Assembly (NCBI GenBank): GCA_951406725.2
Contig: OX597830.1
Coordinates: 66,960,001 to 67,024,000 of the forward strand
Direction: 5' to 3'
Origin: Octopus vulgaris
Lineage: Eukaryota
Length of the DNA: 64,000 nucleotides
The position numbers were made by a program, and so were the translations under genes. Every line of letters begins with the position of its first letter. Within the stretch, counting starts at the first letter, position 1. A model generated the notes under the pieces. That model saw only the letters and a program-made list of their open reading frames with translations, did not search any database and had not been told where the DNA came from. Below, piece by piece: positions 31,435 to 44,865 of this stretch.

Positions 31435-32049
31435 GGATCTTTTCGGTTTGACCGGCAGTTTTTTCTAGCGTATTTCGCAAGTGGGAGCTGGTTGCTTTTG
31501 TACGTATATCGGGAAGAGACAGTGACCAAATTTGATAAATAAATAAACTGGCGTTATGGTCTAAATTCAGGTCCCGCAGAGTAATGTCCTGAGAAGAATT
31601 GACTACAATACTGGTTCGGGATCTTTTCGGTTTGACCGGCAAATTTTTCTAGCGGTATCATATGAAATTGTCACCCATAATTATGACCCTAGTATCGATC
31701 TATTGCATTTCAATCTGTTTTAGGGTTAGGGTTAGCTAGAGTTAGAGGTGGGGGGAAGGGTATCTTTTTCTTTTCTTCAGAAATGTAAATAAACCCAATC
31801 TGTTTCTTAAACGAATGACATATTCATACGGCACAGAATGTTTTCACCTCAATAGACGTCATTGATTGGTTGAAATTGCAGAAATTGAAGAAAAAACAAC
31901 AACAAATATCTTATAAACTATAGAATTTTCTCAATAAAACCAAGAGAAAAAGATGTTTTATAAACACATTCTACCAGTATACGAAGTTTAAAAGTGTTTA
32001 GTTACGTGGAAATTATTTTAAAAAACTGCCGTTCAAACCGAAGAGATCC
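31435..32049. mobile_element. Merlin-like MITE, composite form with two left ends
   Basis: TIR GGATCTTTTCGGTTTGACCGGCA at 31435 and at 31619; right TIR ends at 32049; TSD CACAAATC/CTCAAATC; internal TTAGGG repeats. Confidence 0.82.
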
Positions 32050-32174
32050 CTCAAATCAAATTCAGATTGTATTATATTAGTGTATCAAGAGAGAATACAT
32101 TCACACAAATATATACGCACATACATGTATGTGTGTGTGTGTATACGTATTCTTCTATTCTTTTATTTGTTTCA

Positions 32175-32552
32175 GTGGCTGTGTGGTAAGTAACTTGCTT
32201 ACTAGCCACATGGTTCCGGGTTCAGTCCCATTGCGTGGCACCTTGAGCAAATGTCTTCTACTATAGCCTCAACCCGACCAAAGCTTTCTGATTGGATTTG
32301 GTACACGGAAACTGAAAGCTTGTCGTATATATGTATATGTTTGTGTATCTGTGTTTGTCCCCCCCACACCATCGCTTGACAATTGATGTTGGGGCGTTTA
32401 CGTCCCCGTAACCTAGCGGTTTGACAAAAGAGACCGACAGAATAAGTACTAGGCTTTCAAAGAATAAGTCCTGTGGTCGATTTGTTCGACTAAAGGCGGC
32501 GCTCCAGCATGGCCGCAGTCAAATACCTGAAACAGATAAAAGAATAAAAAGA
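32175..32552 (+). mobile_element. SINE family A
   Basis: Aligns to family A. Confidence 0.9.
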
Positions 32553-33311
32553 ATAATGGGTAGAAAGTCTATCATTCTTACAGAGGATGTGGGTTCGAGT
32601 TCCACGGGCAGCCTTCAATGTTTTCCATAACCCGATATTTACACGCTTCTGTTTATACCCTTATTGGCTTCGAGTTTCACCGTTCCATAAAAGATTTATT
32701 AGTAAATAATAATATAGGCGTAGGCGTGGGTATGTGGTAAGAAGTTAGCTTCCCAAATACACGATTCCTGGTTCAGTCCCACCGTTCTGAGCCGACTAAA
32801 GGGTTCGATTAAAATTGGGTACTCGTCAGTGCCGGTGTCGATTTAATCAACTCTACTCTCTCTTAATGGTTATAACTTTATACCAGTGTTAGAAATCCAT
32901 GTTATTGCTGGTGGTGAAGTGAAATTTCATCCGGCTTGTGTTGAAGTTCAAAGACATGTATGTTTTCTAATAAAATCCCGCTAGCGTTAACGTTTGCATC
33001 ACATTCCTCCGTGGACGATAAAATCAGTACTAGTCATATATTTGAGTCGGACGAAGGCGACAAACTGGTATATATTGTATGAAATGCTTAGCGGCATTTC
33101 ATCCAGCTCTTTACACTCTGAGTTCAAATTCGGCCGACATCAATTTTGCCTTTCATCCTTTCAGGGTCTATAAAAGAAGTACCAGTTGTGAACTGGCGTC
33201 GATGTAATCGACTTAAATCACTCTTCTTAAGATTGCTGGCCTTGTGCCAAGATTAGAAAGAATATTCGAGTCCAAAGAAAAAAAAAACAATAGTGCTACT
33301 TAGCTATTTAC

Positions 33312-33440
33312 ACTTTAGCGTACAGTCTAGCTCTAAACCGTAACCTAATTTTAATCGCAACCCTAAACCCTAATCCTAACCCAGATCAGGTCATTTCAGG
33401 GCGTAGACTACGAATACGGCTATAGACCATACGCTAAAGT
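33312..33440. mobile_element. Small MITE-like relic with degenerate (CCCTAA)n
   Basis: ACTTTAGCGTACAGTCTA / TAGACCATACGCTAAAGT inverted pair, 16/18 match. Confidence 0.6.
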
Positions 33441-33740
33441 AACAACGAACAGATTATATGCCCCTCTCCCTCATGGTTCTGTCAGAAGTAAATATTTTGT
33501 TGAGGCTAATTAAAAGACCAGTCGACTGCTGGATTCGATATAATCTATTATAATTCCATTTACATCTAGGACGCCCCATAAGAATCGATCTTAAAGTACT
33601 CCAGTGTTCCAATGTGTAAAAGCAGCAATGAAAGCAGAGATAAAAGTGTTCTTTTACAATATCTCGTCCATCTACAAATTTAAGTTCAAATCTAGTTTAC
33701 TTCAAAGTTGATTTTGTTCTTTCATTTCTCTTGAACGATG

Positions 33741-33852
33741 AAATAATTAACAGCAATGCGTATAAAATGATTAACGGCATAGCGTATAAAATAATTGACA
33801 TTAATGCGTACGAAATAATTGGCAGTAATGCATGTAAAATAATTGATAGCAA
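33741..33852. repeat. Diverged 24-bp tandem repeat, about 4.7 units
   Basis: AAATAATTAACAGCAATGCGTATA-like units. Confidence 0.8.
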
Positions 33853-34084
33853 AAGAAGTGTTTAGGCTGATTCAAACGAGTATACAATTAATTTACAACA
33901 TTCAGAGTATATTTGTGTGTGTAGGTGTGTTTGCATGTGTGCGCATGTACATTATTATATATTCACAAATGGGTCTTCCCTTCTTCTCTACATAAATACA
34001 GGCAGACAGACGACATGACAGAAAGACAGATGATAGATAAATAGAAAGACGGTAGATAGATAGATAGATAGATAGATAGGTAGG

Positions 34085-34137
<53 letters not shown>

Positions 34138-34139
34138 GG

Positions 34140-34236
<97 letters not shown>

Positions 34237-34239
34237 ATC

Positions 34240-34288
<49 letters not shown>

Positions 34289-34316
34289 ATCGAAAGATAG
34301 ATAAATAGAGAGTTGG

Positions 34317-34351
<35 letters not shown>

Positions 34352-34722
34352 ACAGACAGACAGATGAATAGATAGTTATCCAGACAAACAGAAAGACAGA
34401 CATTAGGCAGACGACATCTAGACAAACTGATAGACCGACAGGCAGGCAGACAGACAGATAGACAGAGTGATTAGATCACAAAAATTACTTATTCAGGGTA
34501 ACATGGTAAGATCGGTTATGATATAATGCTCAAAGTATTTACACAAAAGGTAAACGTCTTTTATTAAAAGAGTGAATCCAACAAAAGGCGTTTCATTTCG
34601 TTTGAAATCATGTTTCGAACGAAACCAAACGCATTTGTTTAGGCGCATTAGTTTAACAAAATACACACACCTATACACATTTATGCATACATTCATACAT
34701 ACTTACTTACATATCCATCCAT

Positions 34723-34809
<87 letters not shown>

Positions 34810-35378
34810 TCCATATACATACATACATACATACATACATTTATGGGTGTTTACACGAAGAAAATTAGAGGCGCCAAACTCAACCAATTTCTATGATATC
34901 CGTGACAAATCACATGGGTCGCGGATATTTTCAGTTTGATGTCTGGTTTAAACTGAGCGTAAAACTTAAGGAAATTACGATGTATTATCACTAACAGACT
35001 ATATCATGCATCATTCATACATAAGTACACACATATAAATACATGCGTACACGTGTGTGTATGTATGTGTATAGCTATGTATATAATATACTGTATATGA
35101 TATTATGTATGTGTGTATATTTGATTGTGCAAATCTATCAAGCTTTTCTAACAGATTTGCTTTTCTGGCGGATTATGAAGAGAATATTCGTGAACGAGAG
35201 ATAGTAGCTGCTTTACTCGGTCTTTATTTACATTATATAACAACAATCAAACTAATGAGGTAGTCTTCATGCGGTCGTTCGACCCGCTAGAAATAGCTGT
35301 CGAATTCTTGCAAGTTGTATTCCATTTTCTTAAAAACGAGGGAAAAGGTAAGATAAACTGGAAAAAGTAGTCTTAGGT

Positions 35379-35766
35379 GGACGGAAGCACTCCATCGGTT
35401 ACGACGACGAGGGTTCCGGTTGATCCGATCAACGGAACAGCCTGCTCGTGAAATTAACGTGTAAGTGGCTGAGCACTCCACAGACACGTGTACCCTTAAC
35501 GTAGTTCTCGGGGATATTCAGCGTGACACAGAGAGTGACAAGGCCGGCCCTTTGAAATACAGGTACAACAGAAACAGGAAATAAGAGTGAGGGAAAGTTT
35601 TGGTGAAAGAGTACAGCAGGGATCACCACCATCCCCTGCCGGAGCCTCGTGGAGCTTTTAGGTGTTTTCGCTCAATAAACACTCACAACGCCCGGTCTGG
35701 GAATCGAAACCGCGATCCTACGACCGCGAGTCCGCTGCCCTAACCACTGGGCCATTGCGCCTCCAC
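35379..35766 (-). mobile_element. SINE family C, full length, inserted into an older repeat (about 35255-35872)
   Basis: TSD AGTCTTAGGT at 35369-35378 and 35767-35776. The host repeat GCTAGAAATAGC...AAACAACAAC also appears near 6350, 7075, 19150, 51230 and 59220. Confidence 0.92.
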
Positions 35767-36244
35767 AGTCTTAGGTATGTATAGTCAAAATGGTCACAGC
35801 TGGAATGACTTTCATCATTGACTTTCTCAAGTAAGGCAGTCTTGGAGATTAAACAACAACAACAACAACAAACGTGTTTTATTCCGTAATTCATGAAGTA
35901 GTACTTATTCTATCAGTCTCTTCTACCAAGCCCTAAGTTAAGGGGACGTAAACATACCAACACCGGTGGTCAAGCCAAAACTGCGTCCACAGCAATATTC
36001 TTTTTTTTTTCTTTTTTTTTTTTACAATAGAACATGCTTAGAATAATCCATTGTTAGGGTTAGTTCATTTTTTTTCTATTTTGTACAATTTTTGACTTCC
36101 ATTATAGTTACTGTAAGAGATGTTCAATCCAAAACATCGATGGTTCGAATTCATACAAGACCACTTTTAGTGAACGAGTTTTGTTCAAAAACAACCACTG
36201 GCAGATATTTTTCTTGTATTCAGGATTTTCACTTTCCTTACACT

Positions 36245-36375
36245 TTCGTTCTTTCTTTCCTTTTTTTCTCTCCCTTCCTTCTTTCCTTCCTTCCTTCTTT
36301 CTTTCCTTCTTTCTTTCTTTCCTTCTTTCTTTCTTTCTTTCTTTCTTTCTCTCTTTCTTTCCTTCCTTTCTTTCT

Positions 36376-36411
<36 letters not shown>

Positions 36412-36413
36412 TT

Positions 36414-36473
<60 letters not shown>

Positions 36474-36496
36474 TCCTTCCTTCTTTCTTTCTTTCT

Positions 36497-36528
<32 letters not shown>

Positions 36529-36595
36529 TCCTTCTTTCTTTCTTTCTCTCTTTCTTTCCTTCCTTCCTTCTTTCCTTCTTTCTTTCTTTCTTTCT

Positions 36596-36628
<33 letters not shown>

Positions 36629-37122
36629 TTTCCTTCCTTCTTTCTTTCTTTCTTTCTTTCTTTCTTCTTTCTTTCTTTCTTTCTTTCTTTCCTTCTTTCC
36701 TTCTTTCTTTCCTTCTTTCTTTCTTTCTTTCTTTCTTTCCTCCTTTCCTTCTTTCCTTCCTTCCTTCCTTCCTTCTTTCCTTCTTTATTTCTTTCCTTCC
36801 TTCTTTCTTTCTTTCTTTCTTTCTTTCTTTCCTTCTTTCTTTCCTTCTTTCTTTCTTTTTCTCTTCTTTCTTTCTTTCTTTCTTTCCTTCTTTCTTTCTT
36901 TTTTCTTTCTTTCTTTTTCACTCTTCTTTCTTTCTTCCTTCCTTCCTTCCTTCCTTCTTTCCTTCTTTATTTCTTTCCTTCCTTCCTTCTTTCTTTCTTT
37001 CTTTCTTTCTTTCTTCTTTCTTTCTTTCTTTCTTTCTTTCTTTCCTTCTTTCCTTCTTTCTTTCCTTCTTTCTTTCTTTCCTTCTTTCTTTCTTTCTTTC
37101 TTTCTTTCCTTCCTTCCTTCCT

Positions 37123-37154
<32 letters not shown>

Positions 37155-37190
37155 TCCTTCCCTCTTTCCTTCTTTCTTTCCTTCTTTCAT
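36245..37190. repeat. About 940-bp almost pure polypyrimidine (CTTT/CCTT)n
   Basis: Direct reading of the sequence. Confidence 0.95.
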
Positions 37191-37382
37191 AATGCTACTC
37201 CAACAGCATCTGCTTTTACTGAACTGGCTAGTTGCAGACTACTTCTACGACATATTCATCTCTCCTCTTCAGAGGTTGGCATGTGGTTTCTTTTTTTTTT
37301 CTTTGTTCTTTCCCCCTTTTTTTTCCCCTAACAATTCTATAAATACCAGAAAAAATATCGAATTTCTTCAACTGAATATTTT

Positions 37383-37540
37383 CACCACCACCACCACCAC
37401 CACCACCACCACCACCACCACCACCACCACCACCACCACCACCACCACCACCACCACCACCACCACCACCACCACCATCGCCGCCACCACCACCACCACC
37501 ACCACCACCACCACCACCACCACCACCACCACCGCCACTG
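37383..37540. repeat. (CCA)n microsatellite
   Basis: Direct reading of the sequence. Confidence 0.95.
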
Positions 37541-37799
37541 CAGCTGCTGCTGCTGTTGCTACCATTTCCGTGACATGGATGATGGTTACCTCTGCGAATG
37601 TTTCCTCCTTGTAAATCATTAAACTCGTTGACTGGAGAGGAAGAATTTTCTCTTTTGAGAATTCCGCCCTTCCATACTCTTCCATACTCTACCAGCATGT
37701 TTGGCACTTTGGATATCACTTGTCTTAAAACTGAGTTCAAATACTAACTAGCTCAACTCAGAATACCGGGTCCCTAAGAATTCTGATCTTTAATCAAAG

Positions 37800-37801
37800 A
37801 C

Positions 37802-37843
<42 letters not shown>

Positions 37844-38235
37844 AGAGAGAACGAGAAAGGTGAGAGAGAGATAAAGGAGAGAGAGAGAAAGAGAAAGGAG
37901 AGAGAGAGAAAGGGAAAGATGGAGAGCGAGAGAGAAAGAGAAAGAAGGAGAGAGAGAAAAGGAAAGAAGGAGAGAGAGAAAAAGAGAAAGAAGGAGAGGG
38001 AGAGAAAGGGAAAGATGGAGAGAGAGAGAGAAAGAGAAAGAAGGAGAGAGAGAAAAGGAAAGAAGGAGAGAGAGAAAAAGAGAAAGAAGGAGAGAGAGAG
38101 AAAGGGAAAGAAGGAGAGAGAGAGAAAGGGAAAGAAGGAGAGAGAGAGAAAGAGAAAGAAGGAGAGAGAGAGAAAGAGAAAGAAGGAGAGAGAGAGAGAA
38201 GGGAAAGAAGGAGAGAGAGAAAGAGAAAGAGAGAT
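37800..38235. repeat. Polypurine tract with about 24-bp subunits
   Basis: AAAG(A/G)GAAAGAAGGAGAGAGAG units. Confidence 0.9.
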
Positions 38236-38305
38236 CTAAACGACTTAAAGCGCTTCTGCACTCCATGTCTTTAATCCATGGAACGCCGAGGTGAATAGCA
38301 CGCAA

Positions 38306-38340
<35 letters not shown>

Positions 38341-39088
38341 AACACTCCTATGCAAGCACGCACATACACACATGCCTACACATATATATATATATATATA
38401 TACATGACACCATCGTACGTAGTTTATAAGGTTAGCCAAATTGATTGCAATTTTCCAATTCTTCTCTTTACACAATAAAGCCGAGATTCAGCTAAATCGT
38501 TATAGCAAAATAAAGCTTTGAAAATGGGGTTTATTATGACATCAAAGCATACGTTCTCTCAAAGGTTTCCCTTCTTCTTGTCATATCCATTCTACACGAT
38601 GCTCAAAATGAAGAGAATTGAAGAGTTCATCTTCAATAAATTCATTTCTTCAATATATTTTATTTTATATCATATTTTTTTCTACGTTCTTCTGTTTATC
38701 AATGATTTTTTTCTTGATATTCTTTCTTCGTTTTCTTTTTTGTTTGTTTGTATAACCAATATTATGAAATGGTATGGCAACTTTTCGCAGTGGAATCCCT
38801 TTAGAAATTGACAGTAATGTGGTTCTTTCATGTCCAAATGAATTTGAATTTTCACTCGCTAGCATTTCTAATGATTCCCTGACAAAAGGAACGCTATCGT
38901 CCCTAAATGAAAGATCGTCTGCTTTTTGTGGTTCACCGTTTTATGATAAACCTTATTTTAATGTTTTTTTTTCAAACGAAATTTATTTATTATTTCATCT
39001 TTTACTTGTTTCAGTCATGGGACTGCAGCCATGCTAGGGTACCGCTTTGAAGGGGTTAGACCAACAAATTGACACCAATATTTGTGTA

Positions 39089-39202
<114 letters not shown>

Positions 39203-39358
39203 CGTGTGTGTGTTTTCTGTTTTGTTTCAAGTCTGGTGCTTATTCTATCGGTTTCTTTTGCCGAACCGCTTGTTACATCGGTGTCACCCTGTAGAGGGGA
39301 ACAGACACAACGCAGATACAGAGATTCACACGCGCGAGCGCACATACATAAACATACA

Positions 39359-39393
<35 letters not shown>

Positions 39394-39441
39394 GAAGAGA
39401 GATATAGAGATAGAAATAGCTCGACCGATCGATCGATAGCC

Positions 39442-39515
<74 letters not shown>

Positions 39516-39730
39516 AGGGGATAATATAATCCTGGCTATCTCCTCATTAGCCCATCATGCTGGATCCTGGCTAGCGTAGTATCCCAAAATCAAAGGAAGA
39601 TCCGTAAGGCTTCGATTGATATAAATGGGAGCACTGCACAATTCCAAAGTAAGATCCAATAGGCTTTAAATAAGTCCCGCAGAACGTATAATAAAAGTAA
39701 TAATATAAATAAGGAAAGTAGAGGTCAAAT

Positions 39731-39877
39731 TGTCATTACAACTGTTTCCGTGAACCGACGATATTTTTATTCTGTAACTCATAAAGTGTTATGCAATTCA
39801 TACAATGTTACGGAATAGATATCGTAAATAAAGAATGTAATACTAATCCTGTTGTTCATTCGCTTCTTCAGATGTCA
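39731..39877 (-). ncRNA. Candidate type I hammerhead ribozyme (Penelope-like), probably decayed
   Basis: Minus strand: UGACAU-CUGAAGA-[long stem II]-GAAAC-AGUU-GUA-AUGACA. Confidence 0.55.
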
Positions 39878-40064
39878 TGATTTGAAGGCACTATCGACCA
39901 AAATGTTTTAGGATGCGTTCATTTAGGCGTGTTACAATATTTACACACACACACACACACACACACTCACTCATTCACTCACTCATGACAAGCTTCTTTC
40001 AGTTTCCATCTATCAAATCCACTCGCATGACGTGTGTCAGTCCGGCGGTATAGTGAAAGAAAAA

Positions 40065-40295
40065 GGCGGCGAGCTGGCAGAATCGTTAGCACGCCGGTCG
40101 AAATGCTTTGCGGTGTTTCGTCTGCCGTTACGTTCTGTGTTCAAATTCCGCCGAGGTCGACTTTGCCTTTCATCCTTTCGGGGTCGATTAAATAAGTACC
40201 AGTTACGCACTGGGGTCGATGTAATCGACTTGATCCGTTTGTCTGTCCTTGTTTGTCCCTTCTGTGTTTAGCCCCTTGTGGGTAGTAAAGAAATA
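40065..40295 (+). mobile_element. SINE family B, full length, inserted into an old minus-strand SINE A (about 39985-40400)
   Basis: 16-bp TSD GGTATAGTGAAAGAAA at 40047-40062 and 40296-40311. Confidence 0.93.
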
Positions 40296-40809
40296 GGTAT
40301 AGTGAAAGAAACTTGCCTAAGGTGTCGCATAGTTGGACTGAACCCAAGACCACGTTGTTGGGACGCAATCTTCTTACCTACACAGCTACATCTGCACCTA
40401 TAGCTGCGCCAGCGCCGACTATTTTATCTGTTTTTTAAAACATTTCCTTTTCAAACATCCACGACTACTTAATTGTCTTCCGAAAAGTTTAAAATAGCAA
40501 CACGAAGTGTGTAGCTCAAAATAAGGAGAATATTTAGCCATATTGCTTTTATTTTCAATTTTCATAAAGCACCTGGCTAACTCACACATACACACACTTT
40601 CCCAACACACACGGAAAGAAACACATGCACACAATAACATACATCCAGGTATCTGTCCGTCCATCCGTCCATCCATCCATAGATAAGTACATACATATGT
40701 ACACACGTATATATATATATGTACACATAGACACATTACATACGTACCTACATCCATACCTACGTACGATGTACGTATGCATGTATTTTCTATGCATACA
40801 TAACATCAA

Positions 40810-41837
40810 CCCGCACATGCATACATGCATACATACATATACGCACATACTTACACACATACGTACATACACATATACATACATATATACATACATGCAT
40901 GCATACATACATACATACATGCATACATACATACATACATACAAACACATACATACATACATATATACATGCATACAAACATACACAAACATACATACAT
41001 ACATACATACATACACACACATACATACACACATACATACATACATACAATACATACATACATACATACATACACACATACATACATACATACACACATA
41101 CATACATACATACATACATACATGTATACATACATACATACACACATACACACATACATACAATACATACATACATACATACATACACACACATACATAC
41201 ACACATACATACATACATACATACATACATACACACATACATACATACATACATACATACATACATACATACATACATACACACATACATACAATACATA
41301 CATACATACATACATACACACATACATACATACATACACACATACACACACACATACATACATACATACATACATACATGTATACATACATACATACATA
41401 CATACATACATACATACATACATACATACATACATACACACATACATACATACATACATACATACATACATACATACATACATACATACATACATACATA
41501 CATACATACATACATACATACATACATACATACATACATACATACATACATACATACATACATACATACATACATACATACATACATACATACATACATA
41601 CATACATACATACATACATACATACATACATACATACATACATACATACATACACACATACATACATACATACATACACACATACATACACACATACATA
41701 CATACATACATACACACATACATACATACATACATACACACACACACATACATACATACATACATACACACATACATACATACATACACACATACACACA
41801 CACATACATACATACATACATACATACATACATACAT

Positions 41838-41872
<35 letters not shown>

Positions 41873-42027
41873 TACATACATACATACATACATACACATA
41901 CATCATACATACACACACACATACATACATACATACACACATACATACATACATACATACATACATACATACATACATACATACATACATCCATAGATAC
42001 ATACATACATACATACATACATACATA
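40810..42027. repeat. About 1.2-kb (CATA)n microsatellite
   Basis: Direct reading; source of the 365-478 aa YVCM/HTYI ORFs. Confidence 0.97.
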
Positions 42028-43304
42028 ATATTCTCTCTCAAATTAGGCACAAAAGTTTATATATTTTGTGTATTGGAACAATTACACAGACAACTGTTCT
42101 CGACTGTCTCATAGGATTCCGTTCAACCTGCAGAGATGGAATATTTCCACTAATAGCTAAAATAGCAAGATATCTCATCTTCATCTAATATAGAGACGAG
42201 AGTTGACCCCAGAGAATATGAATAACTTATGAACAGCTAAAATGGTTTTATTTTTATTTATTTATTTGGGAAATATATACTACAATACACATTAGTTGTG
42301 CAGTGTGTATATTTATTCCTATATATATATGTGTGTGTGTGTACATATGTATATACGTTAGCACACACACACATAAACACACACACGTATGTATGAATGT
42401 ATGTGTGTATGTATATATGTATGTATGTATGCATGCATGCATGTATGCATGTATGTATGTATGTATGCATGTATGTATGTATGTATTTATGTATGTATGT
42501 ATGAATGTATGTATGTATGTATGTAGATATGTATGTATGTATGTATGTATGTATGTGTGTATGTATGTATGTGTGTATGTATGCTTCGGGCAGACCAAAG
42601 CCTTCTGTGTGGATTTGTTAGACGGAAACTAGAAGAAGCCCGTCATATATATATTGAGAACACATTCTTCGTGGTAATGGCGATTTGGCGTCTATGTTTA
42701 GCATATAGGCTGTCCATATAGTGGTCATTCCTCTTAATTTTGTATGTCACACAATTTTTCATCTTCGGATTTTTAAATTTCTACCCTTATTATTTAATTA
42801 TATATATATGTATATATATATGTATGTGTGTGTGTATGTATGTATGTATGTGTGACTGTGTGTGTCTTTTGCTTATGTTTATTCCTCACCACTGCTTGAC
42901 AACCGGTGTTGGTGTTTTTACGTCCCCGTAACTTAGTGGATGCCAATAAAATAAGTACCAGGCTTTAAAACAAAATTAAGTACTGGGGTCATTTCATTTG
43001 ACTAAAATTCTCCAAGACGGTGCTCCAGTATGGCCGCAGTCTAATGACTGAAACAAGTGAAAGATAAAAGATGCATATATATATATATAGTATACATGTG
43101 ATATAGTCATACATACATGCATATATAGAAAGACCCCACCCCCCATACTTTGTGTGTGTGTGTGTGTGTGTGTGTTTGTATTCGAATAGACTACAGGACT
43201 CGAATTTGCCTGTCAATTGTGCGATTGGTTAAACCAAATGAAGCCTAAACATTCTTTGTTATCTGTTTTAAGATATACTTATTAGCGTCTAATATGTTTG
43301 CAGT

Positions 43305-43650
43305 CATCATCATCTGCATCATCGCCATCACCATCGTCGCCCTTTTCAAGCCTAGCTAGGCTCATGGGTCCGGTTTCCCGGTTTCTGTGGCATATGTGTT
43401 CCCCACCCACACCAGCTGGACGGGATGCCAGTCCATCGCAGCGTTACTCAAGAAACAGGAAGAGAGAGAGTGAGAGAAAGTTGTGGGCGAAAGAGTACAA
43501 CAGGGGTCACCACCACCCCCTGCCGGAACCTCGTGGAGCTTTAGGTGTTTTCGCTCAATAAACACACATAACGCCCGGTCTGGGAATCGAAATCGCGATC
43601 CTACGACCGCGAGTCCGCTGCCCTAACCACTGGGCCATTGTGCCTCCACA
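43305..43650 (-). mobile_element. SINE C variant: family C head with a different 3' module
   Basis: Follows family C to ...TTCCTGTTTCT, then TGAGTAACGCTGCGATGGACTGGCATCCCGTCCAG...AGAAACCGGGAAACCGG. TSD ATATGTTTGCAGT at 43292 and 43650. Confidence 0.88.
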
Positions 43651-44040
43651 TATGTTTGCAGTGGCGTACAATAACTTAATTGCCAAACTAATAAAAAACA
43701 AAAAAAAAGACAACGTCAATTTAGCTCGTAATATCTTCGTGACAATTATCCAAAACGAACGAAAGATTGTCTCAGTATTATGTAGGCTTATCTATTAGGC
43801 AATATCATAGCTTTCACCTGATTAGGTATGGACTTGATTAAATTATCAACAAGCTGATCTATGTTTATACAATCTTCGGTCAATGCTTTTTCTGGCCCTG
43901 TAATTGTTGTAATTTTGTACGACCTTGTTCGCAATCTTCCATCAAGATTATCTAGTATCTGTTCTGTATTAAGATCAGAGCTTTGAGCAACTCTTTTCAG
44001 GGATCGATTCCGTAAGTTCTTTCTGAAGCTTCTGCTATAC

Positions 44041-44243
44041 TGATTTCAAATTTTGCCTCAAAGCCAGCAATTTTTGGGGGAGGATATAAGTCCCAATGTT
44101 CAACTGGCACTTATTTTATCGAACCCGAAAAGATGAACGGCAAAGTCGACCTTAGAGGAATTTGAACTCAGAACCTACAGACGGACGAAATGCCGTTAAA
44201 CGTTTTCCCCGGCGTCCTAACGATTCTGCCAGCTCACCGCCTT
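44041..44243 (-). mobile_element. Old SINE B-related copy nested in the Tc1 relic
   Basis: GGCAAAGTCGACC...GAATTTGAACTCAGAAC...TTCTGCCAGCTCACCGCCTT. Confidence 0.85.
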
Positions 44244-44424
44244 AAGCATTTGATATATTGTTGTGTGGAAACTCTTATATTGAAATAAATGATTGAAACT
44301 TTTCGCGTATGTGGCTGTATTTTGGCCTTATAAATGATTTTCATCTCTAGTTTGCCGATCGCCGAAACTAACCCACCACCTTCTTTATAATTGTTCCTTG
44401 TGAACAACGTGGTGTCCATGTTTG

Positions 44425-44831
44425 GGATCTTTTCGGTTTGAACGGCAGTTTTTTCTAGCAGTGTCATATGAAATTGTTACCCATAATTATGACCCTAGTA
44501 TCTAGGGTTAGAGTTAGGGTTAGGGTTAGGGTTGGGGGGAGGGTATCTTCTTGTCTTCAGAAATGTAAATAAACCCAATCTGTTTCTGAAACGAGGGACA
44601 TATTCATACGGCACAGAATGTTTTCACCTCAACAGACGTCATTGATTGGTTGAAATTGCAGAAATTGAAGAAAAAAACAACAACAAATATCTTACAAACA
44701 ATAGAATTTTCTCAATAAAGCCAAGAGAAAAAGATGTTTTATAAACGCATTCTACCAGTATACGAAGTTTAAAAGTGTTTAGTTACGTGGAAATTATTTA
44801 AAAAAAACTGCCGGTCAAACCGAAAAGATCC
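44425..44831. mobile_element. 407-bp Merlin-like MITE nested in the Tc1 relic
   Basis: About 30-bp TIR GGATCTTTTCGGTTTGA(A/C)CGGCAGTTTTTT; perfect 8-bp TSD CATGTTTG at 44417-44424 and 44832-44839; internal (TTAGGG)n. GG termini with an 8-bp TSD fit Merlin/IS1016. Confidence 0.88.
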
Positions 44832-44833
44832 CA

Positions 44834-44865
<32 letters not shown>

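Noticed and set aside
33741-33852. CRISPR-like periodicity (also the SINE B arrays)
   Set aside because: No unique spacers, no cas genes, and a eukaryotic context.
44503-44536. TTAGGG repeats as a chromosome end or fusion scar
   Set aside because: They lie inside a TIR/TSD-bounded MITE present in two copies.
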